NCBI RefSeq assembly: GCF_009914755.1
Contig: NC_060940.1
DNA: 64,000 nt
Strand: one strand, 5' to 3'
Source: the human T2T-CHM13v2.0 reference genome, Homo sapiens
The position numbers and the translations under genes were made by a program. A model generated the notes under the pieces. That model was not told the DNA's origin and did not search any database. It worked only from the letters and a program-made list of their open reading frames with translations. Of the stretch, positions 14,954-29,713 are shown piece by piece (the first letter of the stretch is position 1; the number at the start of each line of letters is the position of its first letter).

Positions 14954-15149
14954 CCTGCTTACTGCCTTTGAGCAATTGGTTAATGCTCAAGATCCACGTA
15001 ATTCAGATTTTGCATTTCCCTGGGACACTGTTTCCAGGATGGCTGAGGAAAGAGAAAAGAAATAACAAAAAGAAAAGATGACTTCTTTCTCTTTCCACCT
15101 CGAAGTTTGGACCATCTCTCAACTATTGCCAAATGAAGCTGTGGCTTTA

Positions 15150-15405
15150 AGGGCAGAGCCTGGACATGGGAATCATGGCCCCAAACCTGCTTGGTAAAAA
15201 TGTGACATATGGGCAGTTGTTTACCCTGAGCCTCAGGTTCTTAAGATGTAAAACTGACGGTGGGAGAGAATTGAGCACCTATTGCACATCGGGCATTGAA
15301 CATACTTCGTCTCTTTAATCCTGAGAATAATGCTATTTTATGGATGAGAAAGCTGAAGCTGAGAGTTGTTGGGACCACGATGCTGAGATTCCAACCAAGG
15401 TTCAA
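15150..15405. mobile_element. Two degenerate MIR pieces in opposite orientation
   Basis: GTGACATATGGGCAG..CTGAGCCTCAGGTTCTTAAGATGTAAAA (+) and TTTTATGGATGAGAAAGCTGAAGCT (-). Confidence 0.55.
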
Positions 15406-16128
15406 GAAGGCTTTACAGAGCACTGCCTCAGGGATATTGCGAGCAGTGAGTAAATAAATGTGTGTGAAAATGTTCATCAAGCAGAGTGTTCTTTGCAAAC
15501 GTAAGGTATAATTACTTTTTCTGCAAAACTCATTTTGAGTTGCTCCCCCACATACTTTCTACCCAATGAGCTACTTGTTTTTTCCCAAAAGCTTCGTGCA
15601 CTTTAATGAATACCTCTGTTCATATATTTCCTTTTGCTCAAATACCCTTCCCCCTCTCATCTACCAGGTAATCTTATATTTAGCTCTCAAAAGACTTGCT
15701 CAGAAATTACTTCCTCTCAAATCTTTCCTACTTTTGTCATGCAAGCAAGACTGATCACCACTTTTTCCAGATTCTGATGGTACCTAAGATATGGACTGTA
15801 CATGTAGCATTAGCTATTGCCCCACAATAATGCATTAACCATACACCCTAAAACCCTATGACTTCAAACATTAATGATTTTTTTCCTGCTCACAATCTAA
15901 GGGTTGGCTGGGAGTTGGCTGATCTAGGCTGGGCTCAGCTCCAAACCACACATTGGTCCAGTCTTCCTCATGAAAGTACTACTTGGAATTGCACCATAGA
16001 AGTGTGCTCTTTCTCCAGTGGAAAGAGTTGTAGAGTCCAGGGGCAAAGGATTTAGAGCCAGGAATAGGTGAAGAGTGAAGGTCAATAACTCCATCTGTCA
16101 CAAATACGTTTTAAAATGCTCTTATATG

Positions 16129-17384
<1,256 letters not shown>

Positions 17385-17703
17385 GAAGGAAGGGAGACTA
17401 ACTAAAAGAAATATGAAAGTCCTCTCAACTAATTAAAAAAACGAAATGTTCGTATAACCACTTACTCACCAGTTGAGTACCTATTGTGTGCCAGGCACTC
17501 TTCTAGGTGCTGTGAACACAGTCAGAAGCAAAAAACAGAGAAGGTGCCTGTGTCTTCATGGAGGTGACATTCTCATGGGAGGACACAGACAAATGGGCAA
17601 GCAGGATAATTTCAAATAGTGGCCGGTACTATAAAGAAAATAAAACCTGGACATCTGAAAGAGTAACAAGAGCAACAGCAGGAGCAAAGGGGAGTTTGGA
17701 TGG

Positions 17704-18143
17704 TGTATTGGGGTTCTCTAGAGGGATAGAACTAATAGGATAGAGGTATATATAAAGAGGAGTTTATTAAGGAGTATTAACTCACACGATCACAAGGTCC
17801 CACAATAGGCTGTCTGCAAGCTGAGGAGCATGGAAGCCAGTACGAGTCCCAAGGCTGAAGAACATGGAACCTGATCTTTGGGGCAGGAAGCATCCAGCAC
17901 AGGAGAAAGATGTAGGCTGGGGGGCTAAGCAAGTCTAGTCTTCATGTTCTTCTGCCTGCTTTTTATTCTAGCCACTCTGGCAGCAGATTAGATTGTGCCC
18001 ACCTGCATAAAGGGTGGTCTGCCTTTCCCAGTCCACTGACTCAAAAGTTAATCTCCTTTGGCAATACCCTCACAGACACACCCAGGAACAATATTTTGCA
18101 CACTTCAATCCAACCAAGGTGACACTCAGTATTAACCATCACA
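17704..18143 (-). mobile_element. MLT2A1/A2 (HERV-L) solo LTR
   Basis: Reverse complement starts TGTGATGGTTAATACTGAGTGTCA; TG..CA termini; 5-bp TSD GATGG/CATGG. Confidence 0.93.
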
Positions 18144-18319
18144 CATGGGGTGATAGGGAATGGCCTTTCTGGAAAAAATGACTTTTGAACAGAAATATGA
18201 GTAATGCAACAGAGCTGGTCCCATCAATCATGGGGAGATCTGGGAAAGAGCATTGCAGGTGGAGGGACATCTCCTGGGTCTGAGAAACAGAAAGCACCAG
18301 TGCAGTGAGGATACACAAC

Positions 18320-18478
18320 CAGTATCAAAATCACCTGGAAGGCTTCTTAAGACACAGATGGCTGTGCCTCACCCCCAGAGCTTTTTATTTGATGGATCTA
18401 GTTCGGGCCCAATAATTTGCCTCTCTAACAAGTTCTTGGGTGATGTTGATGGCACAGGGACTCTATGTTTTCAACTGG
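18320..18478. mobile_element. MER5A
   Basis: ATCAAAATCACCTGGAAGGCTTCTTAAGACACAGATGGCTG..CTAACAAGTTCTTGGGTGATGTTGATG. Confidence 0.8.
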
Positions 18479-19261
18479 TGTGCTTGTATGATCAAGAGAG
18501 TGTGGCACAAGATAAGACCTTTGAGGCTGTGATGAAGAATGTTAATGTTATGCTGTGTACAAGGGAAGTCACTGGAGGACATCAAGCAGGGGATTGATAT
18601 GACTTGATATAGAGATTGGGTGTTTTTTTCTAGCTTCATTGAGGTATGATTGACAAATTAAAAGTGCATGTATTTAGGTTTAGTAGAGCTTCTGGAGCCA
18701 GGGGGCTAACAAGGGTGCAAAAATGGAAGAAAGAAGTTAAGATATTTATGATACCAAACCATCAGTTTTCCAGGGTTCCTACTTGGGGCAATGGGACATA
18801 CAGAGCTGCCACTGGCGAAGATGAGAATGATGGTGGAGAAGAAAGATTGGTAAGGGAGTGATGTCGATTTTGAACTCAATTTGAGGTCCCATTCAAGACC
18901 ACTGTGTTACACACCTCTGGAGGTACCATGCACACTACATATAGTGTGAAAGGCAGCCTGGCAGCACAGAAGAGTAACATGACAATGTGAATAGCACCAC
19001 CTAGAATTGTGCAACATAGCCCAAATATTCTTCCTCTTCTAAGCTTACATGTTAGTGAAAGAGGCAGGCCATGGGTAGGCAAGATATTTTTGAATGGTGT
19101 TTTGTGCCATAAAGAAAATAAACTCTCAATTCTGCAGATCTGGATAACTCATGATGCTGCTAGCAGTCACTGACTATATGGACGGGGCATTCGCATATTC
19201 ACTCCTAGGACCTACTCGGTTAAAGAAAGCACATGGAGAACCATTACTTGCAGGTAAAATA

Positions 19262-19350
19262 TTAGGTGGGTGCAGAAGTAATTGTGGTTTTTACCTTTAC
19301 TTTTAATGCCATTACTTTTAAAAACCACAATTACTTTTGCACCAACCTAA
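19262..19350. mobile_element. MADE1 (Hsmar1-derived MITE)
   Basis: TIRs TTAGGTGGGTGCAGAAGTAATTGTGGTTTT / AAAACCACAATTACTTTTGCACCAACCTAA flanked by TA on both sides. Confidence 0.95.
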
Positions 19351-19352
19351 TA

Positions 19353-19555
19353 ATAGTAACTAACATTTACTGGCATCTATGATGTGCCAAGCATAATAAG
19401 TCCACATATTAGTTCAAAGAACAATCCTGAGACATGTATTCTCATTTTACAAATGGGAAAACTGAGGCACAGAGTGTTTCAGTAACTTGCCAGAGGACAC
19501 ATTGCTAGGAAGGGGCAAAGATGGGATTCAAGACAAAGGTTAACTGCAGAGCTGG
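19353..19555 (-). mobile_element. MIR
   Basis: CATTTTACAAATGGGAAAACTGAGGCACAGAG..GTAACTTGCC..GGGATTCAAGAC. Confidence 0.85.
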
Positions 19556-20449
19556 CTGTTGTACACGTTTAACGACATGGCTCTTGGTTACTTGCAGGCA
19601 GAGTCTGTCTGAAGAAGGTCCATGTCACCCTTGTCCCCTGGCCAGGCTCTGGTATTGCCAAAAAGAAAAATCCCACCTCGCCAAGGCCTACGTTCTTTGC
19701 CAAATACATCGCTAAAACTGTCACAGTATCCGTAGCATTAAGAAAACCCCATGCCTGAATCTATGTGCCAGACCTTTTACACAGAGAAAATATGGACATT
19801 TTCTTTTAATAACGCTACAGGGAAATAATGAAATGGTAGCATTACAAAAACGTAATTAGGTCTTCAATAAAAAAAAAATCTCCACTGGAGTCCTATAAAA
19901 AGACCACAGGTGTTCATCATTATTTTTTATTTAGCAGACAGTTTTAGCCATTGTTTGTTTTTTCCTCTATTTATTAAGTTCTGGTATTTTAAGATGATTT
20001 GTGTATAATAATAACAATAATTTCCTGTTTGCCTGTCAGTTGTGAGCCGCTTTAATTACAGATATTCATTTTCAGAAGTTAACTAGGTAAACACACTCAT
20101 TTGTTATGTTCCCTGTTCATTAAATCAGTTAGCACAGCTAGTAACTATATTAAGTATTTTGCTGTCGGGTTTCAGCAATGTATCTTCATGGATTTCCAAT
20201 GCTATTTCTCACAGAGACAGACGCAGACTTCCTGACAGTCCCTTCCCATTGGTTTAAAGATGCCAAGTCTTCCATCTCTGCAAGGCCAGGTGCATTACAC
20301 CCGATGGAGGCATCCACTCAAGACCCTGCATATCACAGTCCAAATCATTAATTCAGACTAAAGTGCAGTGCTTGATAGCCAGAAGCAAGATATGGGATAA
20401 AGGAAGAGGGACATCTTGGCAAGGAAGGATTCGAGTAGACATGCTTGGA

Positions 20450-20940
20450 GCATACCTGTCACAACCATGTCTTTGGACAGCCCTCTGCACCCACTCTGCA
20501 GAAGGAGAGGGCCTCAGTCACCATGGGGGGTACCAGATAACCCTGATCCCTGACAGCAGCTAATTATTCCAGGGTTGGACATCAGAGGTCATCAGTTGTC
20601 TAACTGAAGCATTTGAAGGATAGAAACCAAGTTGGAGATGTAAAATTCAGAGAGAATCAGGGCTGAGTCTCTGAGCCATAGCAGTCCCAAACCACACACA
20701 AGCTACTGTTATGGGAAGGCATGAAGAGATTAATGACGCAGAGACTCCTCAACAACAGGAGAGCATGCAACCAGGAAAGAAAAAGTAGAGCAAAAGAGCA
20801 TTGCCTGAAGATGTTGCACCTCCCAAGAAGCCCAACTAACTGTTTCTTTGAGACTTTCATGCATCTTTACAATAAACCAGTCACTTAGCTAATTTAGTAG
20901 GTCTCTATTAGTTACAACCAAGCATGCTCTGAGCAATACA
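20450..20940 (+). mobile_element. Old ERVL-type LTR remnant
   Basis: LTR-like 3' end ACAATAAACC..GTCTCTATTAGTTACAACCAAGCATGCTCTGAGCAATACA; start uncertain. Confidence 0.4.
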
Positions 20941-21248
20941 TTTTTAATCATGGTGACTGAGATGATGGTGGGTCCACTAAAAGTGTCACATCTGGTAAAT
21001 TCCAACTTTTCTAGAAAGCAGCTATGGGTACTGGAACTTGGTCATCTGTCATCAGTCACCTGAGAATTAGATGTTTCATTCAACGTTTTCCTTTAATAGG
21101 GACTATGACTATTGTTGACAAGCCAAATTAGGACTAAGGGAAATAAGAGATTCTAAGTTGTCAATAGCTAAGTCACAAGGTTCCAGAGGAAATGACTCAT
21201 CTGTAGTGTGAGTCATGACAGAGGAATTTGTGTCAAAGGGGCATATTC

Positions 21249-21961
21249 CCAGTCAGAATGGTGATTATTAAAGAGTCCGGAAACAACGGATGCTGGCAAG
21301 GTTGCAGAGAAAAAAGAACGCTTTTACACAGTTGGTGGGAGTATAAATTAGTTCAACTATTGTGGAAGAGAGTGTGGCAGTTCATCAAAAATCTAGAGGC
21401 AGAAATACCACTCAATCCAGCAATTCCATTACTGGGTAGATACCCGAAGGTATATAAATCATTCTATTATAAAGATACATGCACGTATATGTTCATTACA
21501 GCACAATTCACAATAGCGAAAACATGGAATCAACCCAAATGCCCATCAATGATAGACTAGATAAAGAAAATTTGGTACATATATGCCATGAAGTACTATG
21601 TGGCCATAAAAAAGAATGAGATCGTGTCCTTTGCAGGGACATGGATGCAGCTGGAAACCATTATCCCCAGCGAACACAGGAACAGAAAACCAAACACTGC
21701 ATGTTTTCACTTAGAAGTGGGAGCTGAACAATGAGAACACATGGACTTAGGGAGGGGAACAACACACACTGGGGCCTGTGGGGGGTGAGGTTAGTGGGAA
21801 CGAGAGCATCAGGAAGAATAGCTAATGCATGCGGGACTCAATACCTAGGTGATGGGTTGATCTATGCAGCAAACCACCATGGCACATGTTTACCTATGTG
21901 ACAAGCACGCACGTCCTGCACATATACCCCAGAACTTAAAATAAAAGTTAAAGGAAAAAAA
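21249..21961 (+). mobile_element. L1PA (PA8A-13-like) 3' end, 5'-truncated
   Basis: ORF 21228 PVRMVIIKESGNNGCW..LLHSWWEYKLVQ..KTWNQPKCPSMID resembles the ORF2 C-terminus; 3'UTR and A-tail. Confidence 0.93.
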
Positions 21962-22874
21962 GCAGAATGGATATTCAAAGCAGAACAAAAGTTCAATGAG
22001 TTGCCCCATGTCAATTATTTATAACTACTCTGCCTCACCTCTTTTGGAGCCTTGCTAAGCTCTCCTAAAGAGAAAGATCCATTGGTTGTAGCTAGATGAG
22101 CAACAATGAGAAACAATGAGACAAACATCTGGCATAAGCACGGAGTGATTAGGGAAGATGATATTTAGTCTTGTTGAGCCTAAGCCAGGTCATCTAGGTG
22201 GAGGCCTCAGACAGGGAGGGGCACCATTAGCTCATCAGAAGGTGCAAGCCAGCATATTTAATAAATCCAAACCAATCTGGTAAGGATTTTCCAAAAGCCT
22301 CCAAAACTAGTCCCACACTATTTTCTCCATGATACCTGGCTTTGCTCTACATTCCCTTCCTTTACAGTTTCAAGTCCTTTATGCTTGGCTCTCCCATCTT
22401 TTGAAGGCTTCACCATCTTTTGACTTCTCCTGTAGGAATTGTCTCCAGACTCTCTCTCCTTCTAGCCCTCATAGATCCCTAGGTCAATGCTGGAAATACA
22501 TGATGGAATTCAGGAGGCAGTTTAGTCTCATGTCACACCCAAAGGTATAGACAGAACACCACTGACACCACGGAATCATGGAGGTGCTGGGTCAGCAGAG
22601 AAGGAATTTTGGCAGCAAGGCCCCCAGAAGAGGTGGATGATGATAGCACCTAGAATGTATGTGAAGAGTTATAGACTTCAAAGAGAAGGAAACTTGAAAG
22701 GAAGGAGAAATGTTGAAGTAAAACAGAAGGGTGATGAGATATCTCCCTTTAGAGATCTCTGTAAAGTAGAAGCGTGCTGTGAGTACAGGGCTCAGAAATA
22801 GAATTACAGGCATGAACAGAAGACTAATTATCTGAAGAACGTAATGTCTGTATACTTATAAGACTTGCTTTCTT

Positions 22875-23213
<339 letters not shown>

Positions 23214-23234
23214 TCAAGAGCTATGCTGGAGCTC

Positions 23235-23660
23235 TGTAGGTTTTTGCCAACACTGCATCCATTCTCCCTCCCCTGGTAACAGCACCTAATTTTGATTTGC
23301 AAATCCCAATGTATACAATCTTATTGTGACTGTCAATCAGAGAGTCCCACCCTCCCCTTCCCAAGGAGTGTGCACATGACCCAAGCTAGACCAATCAAAG
23401 GTCTAATTTGAATTTTTAATACAGTAACACCAAGACTGAAAAACTCTTGGTGCTGATTTCTTCTGATGGTGGCACCAGAAGGGACCTACTCTCCAGAACC
23501 AAGGAGGAATTCTGGTGACAGTTTTTTCAGAGATCTTATTCTCCAACTCTTCCTTGAATTTTGTGAACCAATCCATATCCTTCCAAGAACATCCTTTTTG
23601 GCTTATGGTGATCAGACCCAAGTTCTGTTGCTTATAACTTAGAAATCCCAACCAAGGCAT
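23235..23660 (+). mobile_element. MLT1 (K/L-like) LTR
   Basis: CTGGTAACAGCACC, CACATGACCCAAGCTAGACCAATCA, end TTCTGTTGCTTATAAC. Confidence 0.6.
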
Positions 23661-23728
23661 AAGTAGTATTACCCAGTGTTAACTAAAAAGTAAGACATGA
23701 TGGGAAGAATTAAGAATCCCAGAATAGG

Positions 23729-24008
23729 GGGCCAGGCTCACGCCTGTAATCCCAGCAGTTTGGGAGGCCAAGGTGGGCAGATCACTTGAGGTCAGAAGTT
23801 CAAGAGAAGCCTGGTCAACATGGTGAAACCCCGTCTCTACTAAAAATACAAAAATTAGCCAGACATGGTGGGTGTGTGCCTGTATTCCCAGCTACTCTGA
23901 GGCTGAGGGAGGAGAATTGCTTAAACCCAGGAGGCAGAGGTTGCAGTGAGCCAAGATCATGCCACTTCACTCCAGCCTGGATGACAGATTCTGTCTCAAA
24001 AAAAAAAA
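23729..24008 (+). mobile_element. AluS (small deletions), probably within a MIR
   Basis: Dimer with poly(A); imperfect TSD GAATYCCAGAAT(A)GGGG. Confidence 0.95.
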
Positions 24009-25031
24009 GGAATTCCAGAATGGGGATTCCACTTCCAGCATTGCCGCTGCCACTAAAACACTGGACAAGTTTGAGCAAATCCCTCAAGCTCACAAAGCTT
24101 CATTTCACACAGCTGTAGAAGAAAAGATTGAATAAGAAGCTGCAAAAGTCCTTTTCCATCTTCATAGAAATATTTTTTCCCCTATCTCTTATTTTAAAGA
24201 GTCTCTAGTCTCCATTCTCTGCCATCCACTATCAAAGGACTTTAAGCATAGCAAAGAAAAGAAACACATCATATCCCCTTCTAATAGACATGGGACTTGG
24301 AATTCATTCATAAAGAGAATTCCAAATCTCATGTATGAGCCCGTTTTGTTAAGCAATAGACGTTTAATATGATTTCATTTTTTTTTCATTCTTTCATTTG
24401 GCATTTGCTAAGAAATTCTTCCACGTGTTTTACATTCTCTATGAGGCGAAAAAGGAAGTCAGGACCCAATCTCTGTCCTCAAGAAGCTTGAAATTTAGTT
24501 GAGGAGGTACATGAAATCCTTAGACAATATTTCCAGATCTGAAATCACATACCCAGCCCCTAGCAAGTGCCAAGTATATATAGTAGGTGCTTAATAATTG
24601 TTGGTTGAATGAGGTATAATACATGTGTGCATACTGCTATGTAGTTTATAATAATAATTCAAAATGATGAGAAGATTATTTATTTTGCAACTACTGTGCA
24701 CTTCTACTACATGATAGTTTGACATGAGCTTCAATTTTTAAAATGTTTTTCGAGATAGATCAATTGAAGGGTGAGTGTTTGCATTTCAAAAAAGAATATT
24801 CCTACCTGAAAAAAAAATGTATTTAAAGAGTCTAACAGATTTACAATAGATTTTTCTTTGTATGGAAGTTTAAGAACATCGCTATGAGTAAATGAGGGTA
24901 AACCTGAACTTAATATGTCAAGAGATAACTTCATCCAAAAACTTCTGCCTGTCCCTTAGATGCCAGTGTAATAGCACTTGACATACAGCAGTACTAAGCA
25001 GATGAAGCTGTTAAAGCCGCAGGCCACTCAC

Positions 25032-25170
25032 CAGGCCTGTCAACACGTGGAGGTCTCAGTAACACAGGGGACTTTTGATTCAGCAGGCAAAGTTCACCCC
25101 GAGGATCACAGTGCATTAGGGAGGAACGAAAGCCTTCTGGTATGGCCAAGTGGACGAGACCAGGGAAAAC
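25032..25170 (-). other. Candidate 139-nt spliced exon (unverified)
   Basis: Minus strand: TTTTATTGCATTTTCTGTTCAG|G acceptor and CTG|GTGAGT donor in non-repeat sequence; no transcript evidence available. Confidence 0.3.
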
Positions 25171-26050
25171 CTGAACAGAAAATGCAATAAAATTAAAATG
25201 CAATGGGAGGGAACTGTGGTGGCAGCAAGCATAACCTTCTTGGTGTCTTTAGCAGTGTTAATGGATCCACTTATGGCACAGATGGTGGTTTTCAGAAAAG
25301 TCATTTTTTCTCTAACAAATTCATGACTAAACTAAAAAGACCACTATCAACTTCATTATGCTTTCCAATTGACTTGCTTTAAGGGTTATTCTTTTATTAT
25401 AGCTCTTAAGCTCCTGTTTCTTTTTTAAAGTACTTCTTTTAGTACCAATTTTCACAGCACTAAGAAATTTAACACTCTTCAGTGGTTATATTAATGGCAA
25501 GGAACTGTTGCAGGCTGAAGAGTAGCATGAAAGACACTGGTATTGGTCATTTGTTATCTCGTCTACCACAAGTTACGGACCCGGATCCCAGGGGGTGACA
25601 CTGAGGACAGTGGTGATGAGAGAAAGCTGGTGACATACCTCCTTTCTACAACATAAGAGTTTATGACACACAGCATATTCCATATTGCTCTCTTCAAACA
25701 CAATCCTACTTCAAGCCTCTCCTATCCAAGTGTGCCCAGTTAGCTCTTTCAAGTGACCAGAAGATCTAATTAATTGCACAAACAAATCCGTAAGTATTTT
25801 ACAAACATTGTCGCAAGTAACTGTAAACACAGAGATAAAACAGTTTGTGTAACATGGGGTAAGCCAGAGTCCTGAGCCAACAAAACAATTATATTTTTTC
25901 AAAGTGAAATTGACTTGGAGGAAGATCAGATTTCATAGGAATAAAGAAATTACCTATTGTAATATTACTTATAAAAGCAAAATTGAAATAAATTTCCCAG
26001 CAATGGGCAAACAATTAACCATATCTGCTCAGCTATTAAAGAGAAGTTTT

Positions 26051-26348
26051 GGAGGGAGCACAGTGGCTCACGCCTGTAATCCCAGCACTTTGGGAGGCTG
26101 AGGTGGGTGGATCGCTTGAGGTCAGAAGTTTAAGACCAGCCTGGCCAACATGGTGAAAACCTGTCTTTATCAAAAATACAAAAATTAGCTGGGCATAGTG
26201 GCACATGCCTGTAGTCCCAGCTACTTGGGAGGCTGAGGCAAGAGAATCACTTGAACTCAGGAGGCAGAGTTTGCAGACAGCCGAGATCGCACCACTGCAC
26301 TCCAGTCTGGGCAACAGAGTAAGACTGTGTCTCAAAAAAAAAAAAAAA
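26051..26348 (+). mobile_element. AluS
   Basis: Full dimer with poly(A) then (GAA)n. Confidence 0.96.
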
Positions 26349-27112
26349 GAAGAAGAAGATTGGGAAGAATATGCACAACTATGGAGAATCATTCTAATGT
26401 TAAGAGAAAATCCAAGACATAAAATACCTTAAAACCGGATAATACAATTATATATGACACTTGATACACAGGGAAAGTCTTAGCAGAAATATGTGAAGAT
26501 GCTGATAGTTGTCTATGGGGGCAAGATTACACACATGTGTTTCTAAACTCCCATTTTTCTATTTTCCAATCTTATTTCAATGTGTTTATCTATTTAAACT
26601 CACAATGAAGAAATTTTAATATTTTATCTCACGTGAAGAAAAGATAGTAATCATTCACACAGACATTTTGGTGGCAAAAAAACTTGTTTTTAGGGATTTG
26701 GATTCTGTGTGAAGACCCCTATGCTATGGCTTTTGAACTACTTTGATAACCTTCCATTGAAAAATCACATTTTGCATCAAAGCTAGTTAGAGGAAAGGGC
26801 ACATGCTCCAACTCTTCCATTTAACGGATGGAAGAACTGAGGTTCAGAAGTCCCTTTCCTGAGACCTAGGGAGATGCCTCTTCCCTCAGCTCCCTCACCT
26901 CTCAACCAGATCATTCCTTTCAAGGCAAATCCTCACCCACAGCAGAAATCTAAGACTCAAAGAAAAGAAAAGAAAATTTAGACCCCACTTAAATCAGGCA
27001 TAATCAAATTGTTTCACTCTATTTTGCCATTATGTTCCAAATCAGTCTCAAACTCTGCTGCTGTGTTAGCTTTAAGGTGACAATTCCTCCTCCCAACAAA
27101 ATTTGTTTTTGG

Positions 27113-27244
27113 ATTTTACTTATTTTGTAGAGATGGGGTCTTGCTATGTTGTCCAGGCTTATCTCAAACACTGGCTTCAGGCAATCCTCCCATCTCGGCC
27201 TTTCAAAGTGCTAGGATTACAGGCATGAACCACTGTGCCTGGCC
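27113..27244 (-). mobile_element. FLAM / AluJ left monomer
   Basis: GTAGAGATGGGGTCTTGCTATGTTGTCCAGGC..GATTACAGGCATGAACCACTGTGCCTGGCC; single arm. Confidence 0.9.
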
Positions 27245-28253
27245 CTAATTCTTAATTTATAAGAGGAACACTGTGGCCTCGCCCTTTTGTTTTGAGGCCC
27301 ACTCTGGTTATGGGGTGCTATGTGATGGTGTGTGCAAGTGACTACAGTTGTGAGCTCTTGTCTCCTTATTTGGCTAAGAAAACTCTGGAATCTGCCTTTG
27401 CCCTGCTTCACCGTGACATAGGCAGTGCACGGTCCAGATGATCCGTCCATATGGAGAGGCACAGAGAAGGCTGCATTATCTAGGAAACAGGACCTTGATT
27501 GGAACACTCAAAAAAAAAAAGTGGTTTGTTTAATCCTCTCCTGGAGGGAAGGTGGGAAATAACGTATTGGAATATCTGAGGAAAATTAAAGTGCTTTTCA
27601 ATGAAAGGTTGACTTTTTTGAGAAAGTTTTCTCCCTTCCCTTCGTCGGAGACATTTCTCCTCTTTGGAAATGGAGAGCAATTATTTTTTATTCAACCTGT
27701 CTTTAATTTTTATCTCATGTGAAGAAAGAACAGTGATCATTCACAAAGAGGTTTTAATGACAGCAAAAATGGTCTCATGATTGATCATTTCATATCACGC
27801 ATTCCACCTGGAGCTCTTGCAGGCCACCAGCCTGGGAGCGCCTCTCCCTGCACAAGCTGGGGGCAGGCCTCACGGGCTTTGTGTAGGGGGGCCAGTCTTT
27901 GAACAAAAAAAAGAAAACAGGAACAAAGGGCCACAATTAGAGGCACTTTTAGAGATGGGAGAAATAAAGACTCAGACTGTGAAATATTTGAGCACTTCTG
28001 AATGTACTTTAAACTTTTAAACTCTCCCATCATTTCTCAAAACCTGATTTTTAATGAGGAACACTGCAGACAGAGAGAGAGAGATACAAAAAAAAAAAAC
28101 TGAATGAACAATCAGGAGAGTCCTTAAAAATCAGGGACATTTGAAAGAAGTGACATCTATCTGTAATTCAAACTTTGAGTTAAAACAATGTTGAACTATA
28201 AGAAAACTGTTCTTTGTCTTAATGTACAAAGTTTCTCTCTAAGTTATCCTTAA

Positions 28254-28639
<386 letters not shown>

Positions 28640-29017
28640 TAGAATGGGACATCACATATCCCTGTGGAAAATGTTACTTTCTTTCCATGGACTTTCAAGC
28701 TTCAAGATTGCTGACTGACACTCCTACTCTGAGCCTCCCAATAAAATGCCCACAAAAGTCCTAGGGTATCTACAACACTGTAAACCAAAGATTGAAAAAA
28801 TAAATAAAAAGACCTAAAGACAGGGAGAATCGATTCTCGCTCTATCATTGAGACTGATGTAGAAACACATACATACTCTAACCAAAAGGAAAGGGTTAGC
28901 TCAAATAAGGTAAGAGATGTTTTAACTCCCTTTCACTACCTATGGCCCAACTATAAGACGCAAGGGTTGAACTGATAGAAAAACAGCCATTTTGCCATCT
29001 CTGACATTCCTAAGTAG

Positions 29018-29388
<371 letters not shown>

Positions 29389-29669
29389 GAACAGGGGTGT
29401 TTTTGTAGCTGAAGCTACACTGTCTTTGCAGGAATAGCATAAGAAACAAGAATAGAAAACAAAAAGTGCTGGGAGCCATGGAAGGTATTGGAGAGAGAGT
29501 AGTTTTCATTTCATACGCTACTCAAAATACGGGGAGAAATCTGTAGCTCAATTTTAAATCGGGTTGCAACACGATCTGTAAAAGAGACAAAAATAATATA
29601 TAGCAGCCCAGTGGCCAATATGCAACTGATTTGCTTTCATTAAAACAAAGGCACATAATTTACATGCAA

Positions 29670-29713
29670 ACACACACACATGCACACACATACACATACA
29701 CATACACATACAC
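29670..29713 (+). repeat. (CA)n/(CATACA)n microsatellite
   Basis: Directly visible. Confidence 0.85.

Larger units (their letters stand above)
17465..18890 (-). mobile_element. L2 (fragmented; hosts MLT2A and MER5A)
   Basis: TTGAGTACCTATTGTGTGCCAGGCACTCTTCTAGGTGCTG..CTTCATGGAGGTGACATTCT; resumes GATAGGGAATGGCCTTTCTG..CTGGGAAAGAGCATTGCAGG. Confidence 0.7.
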
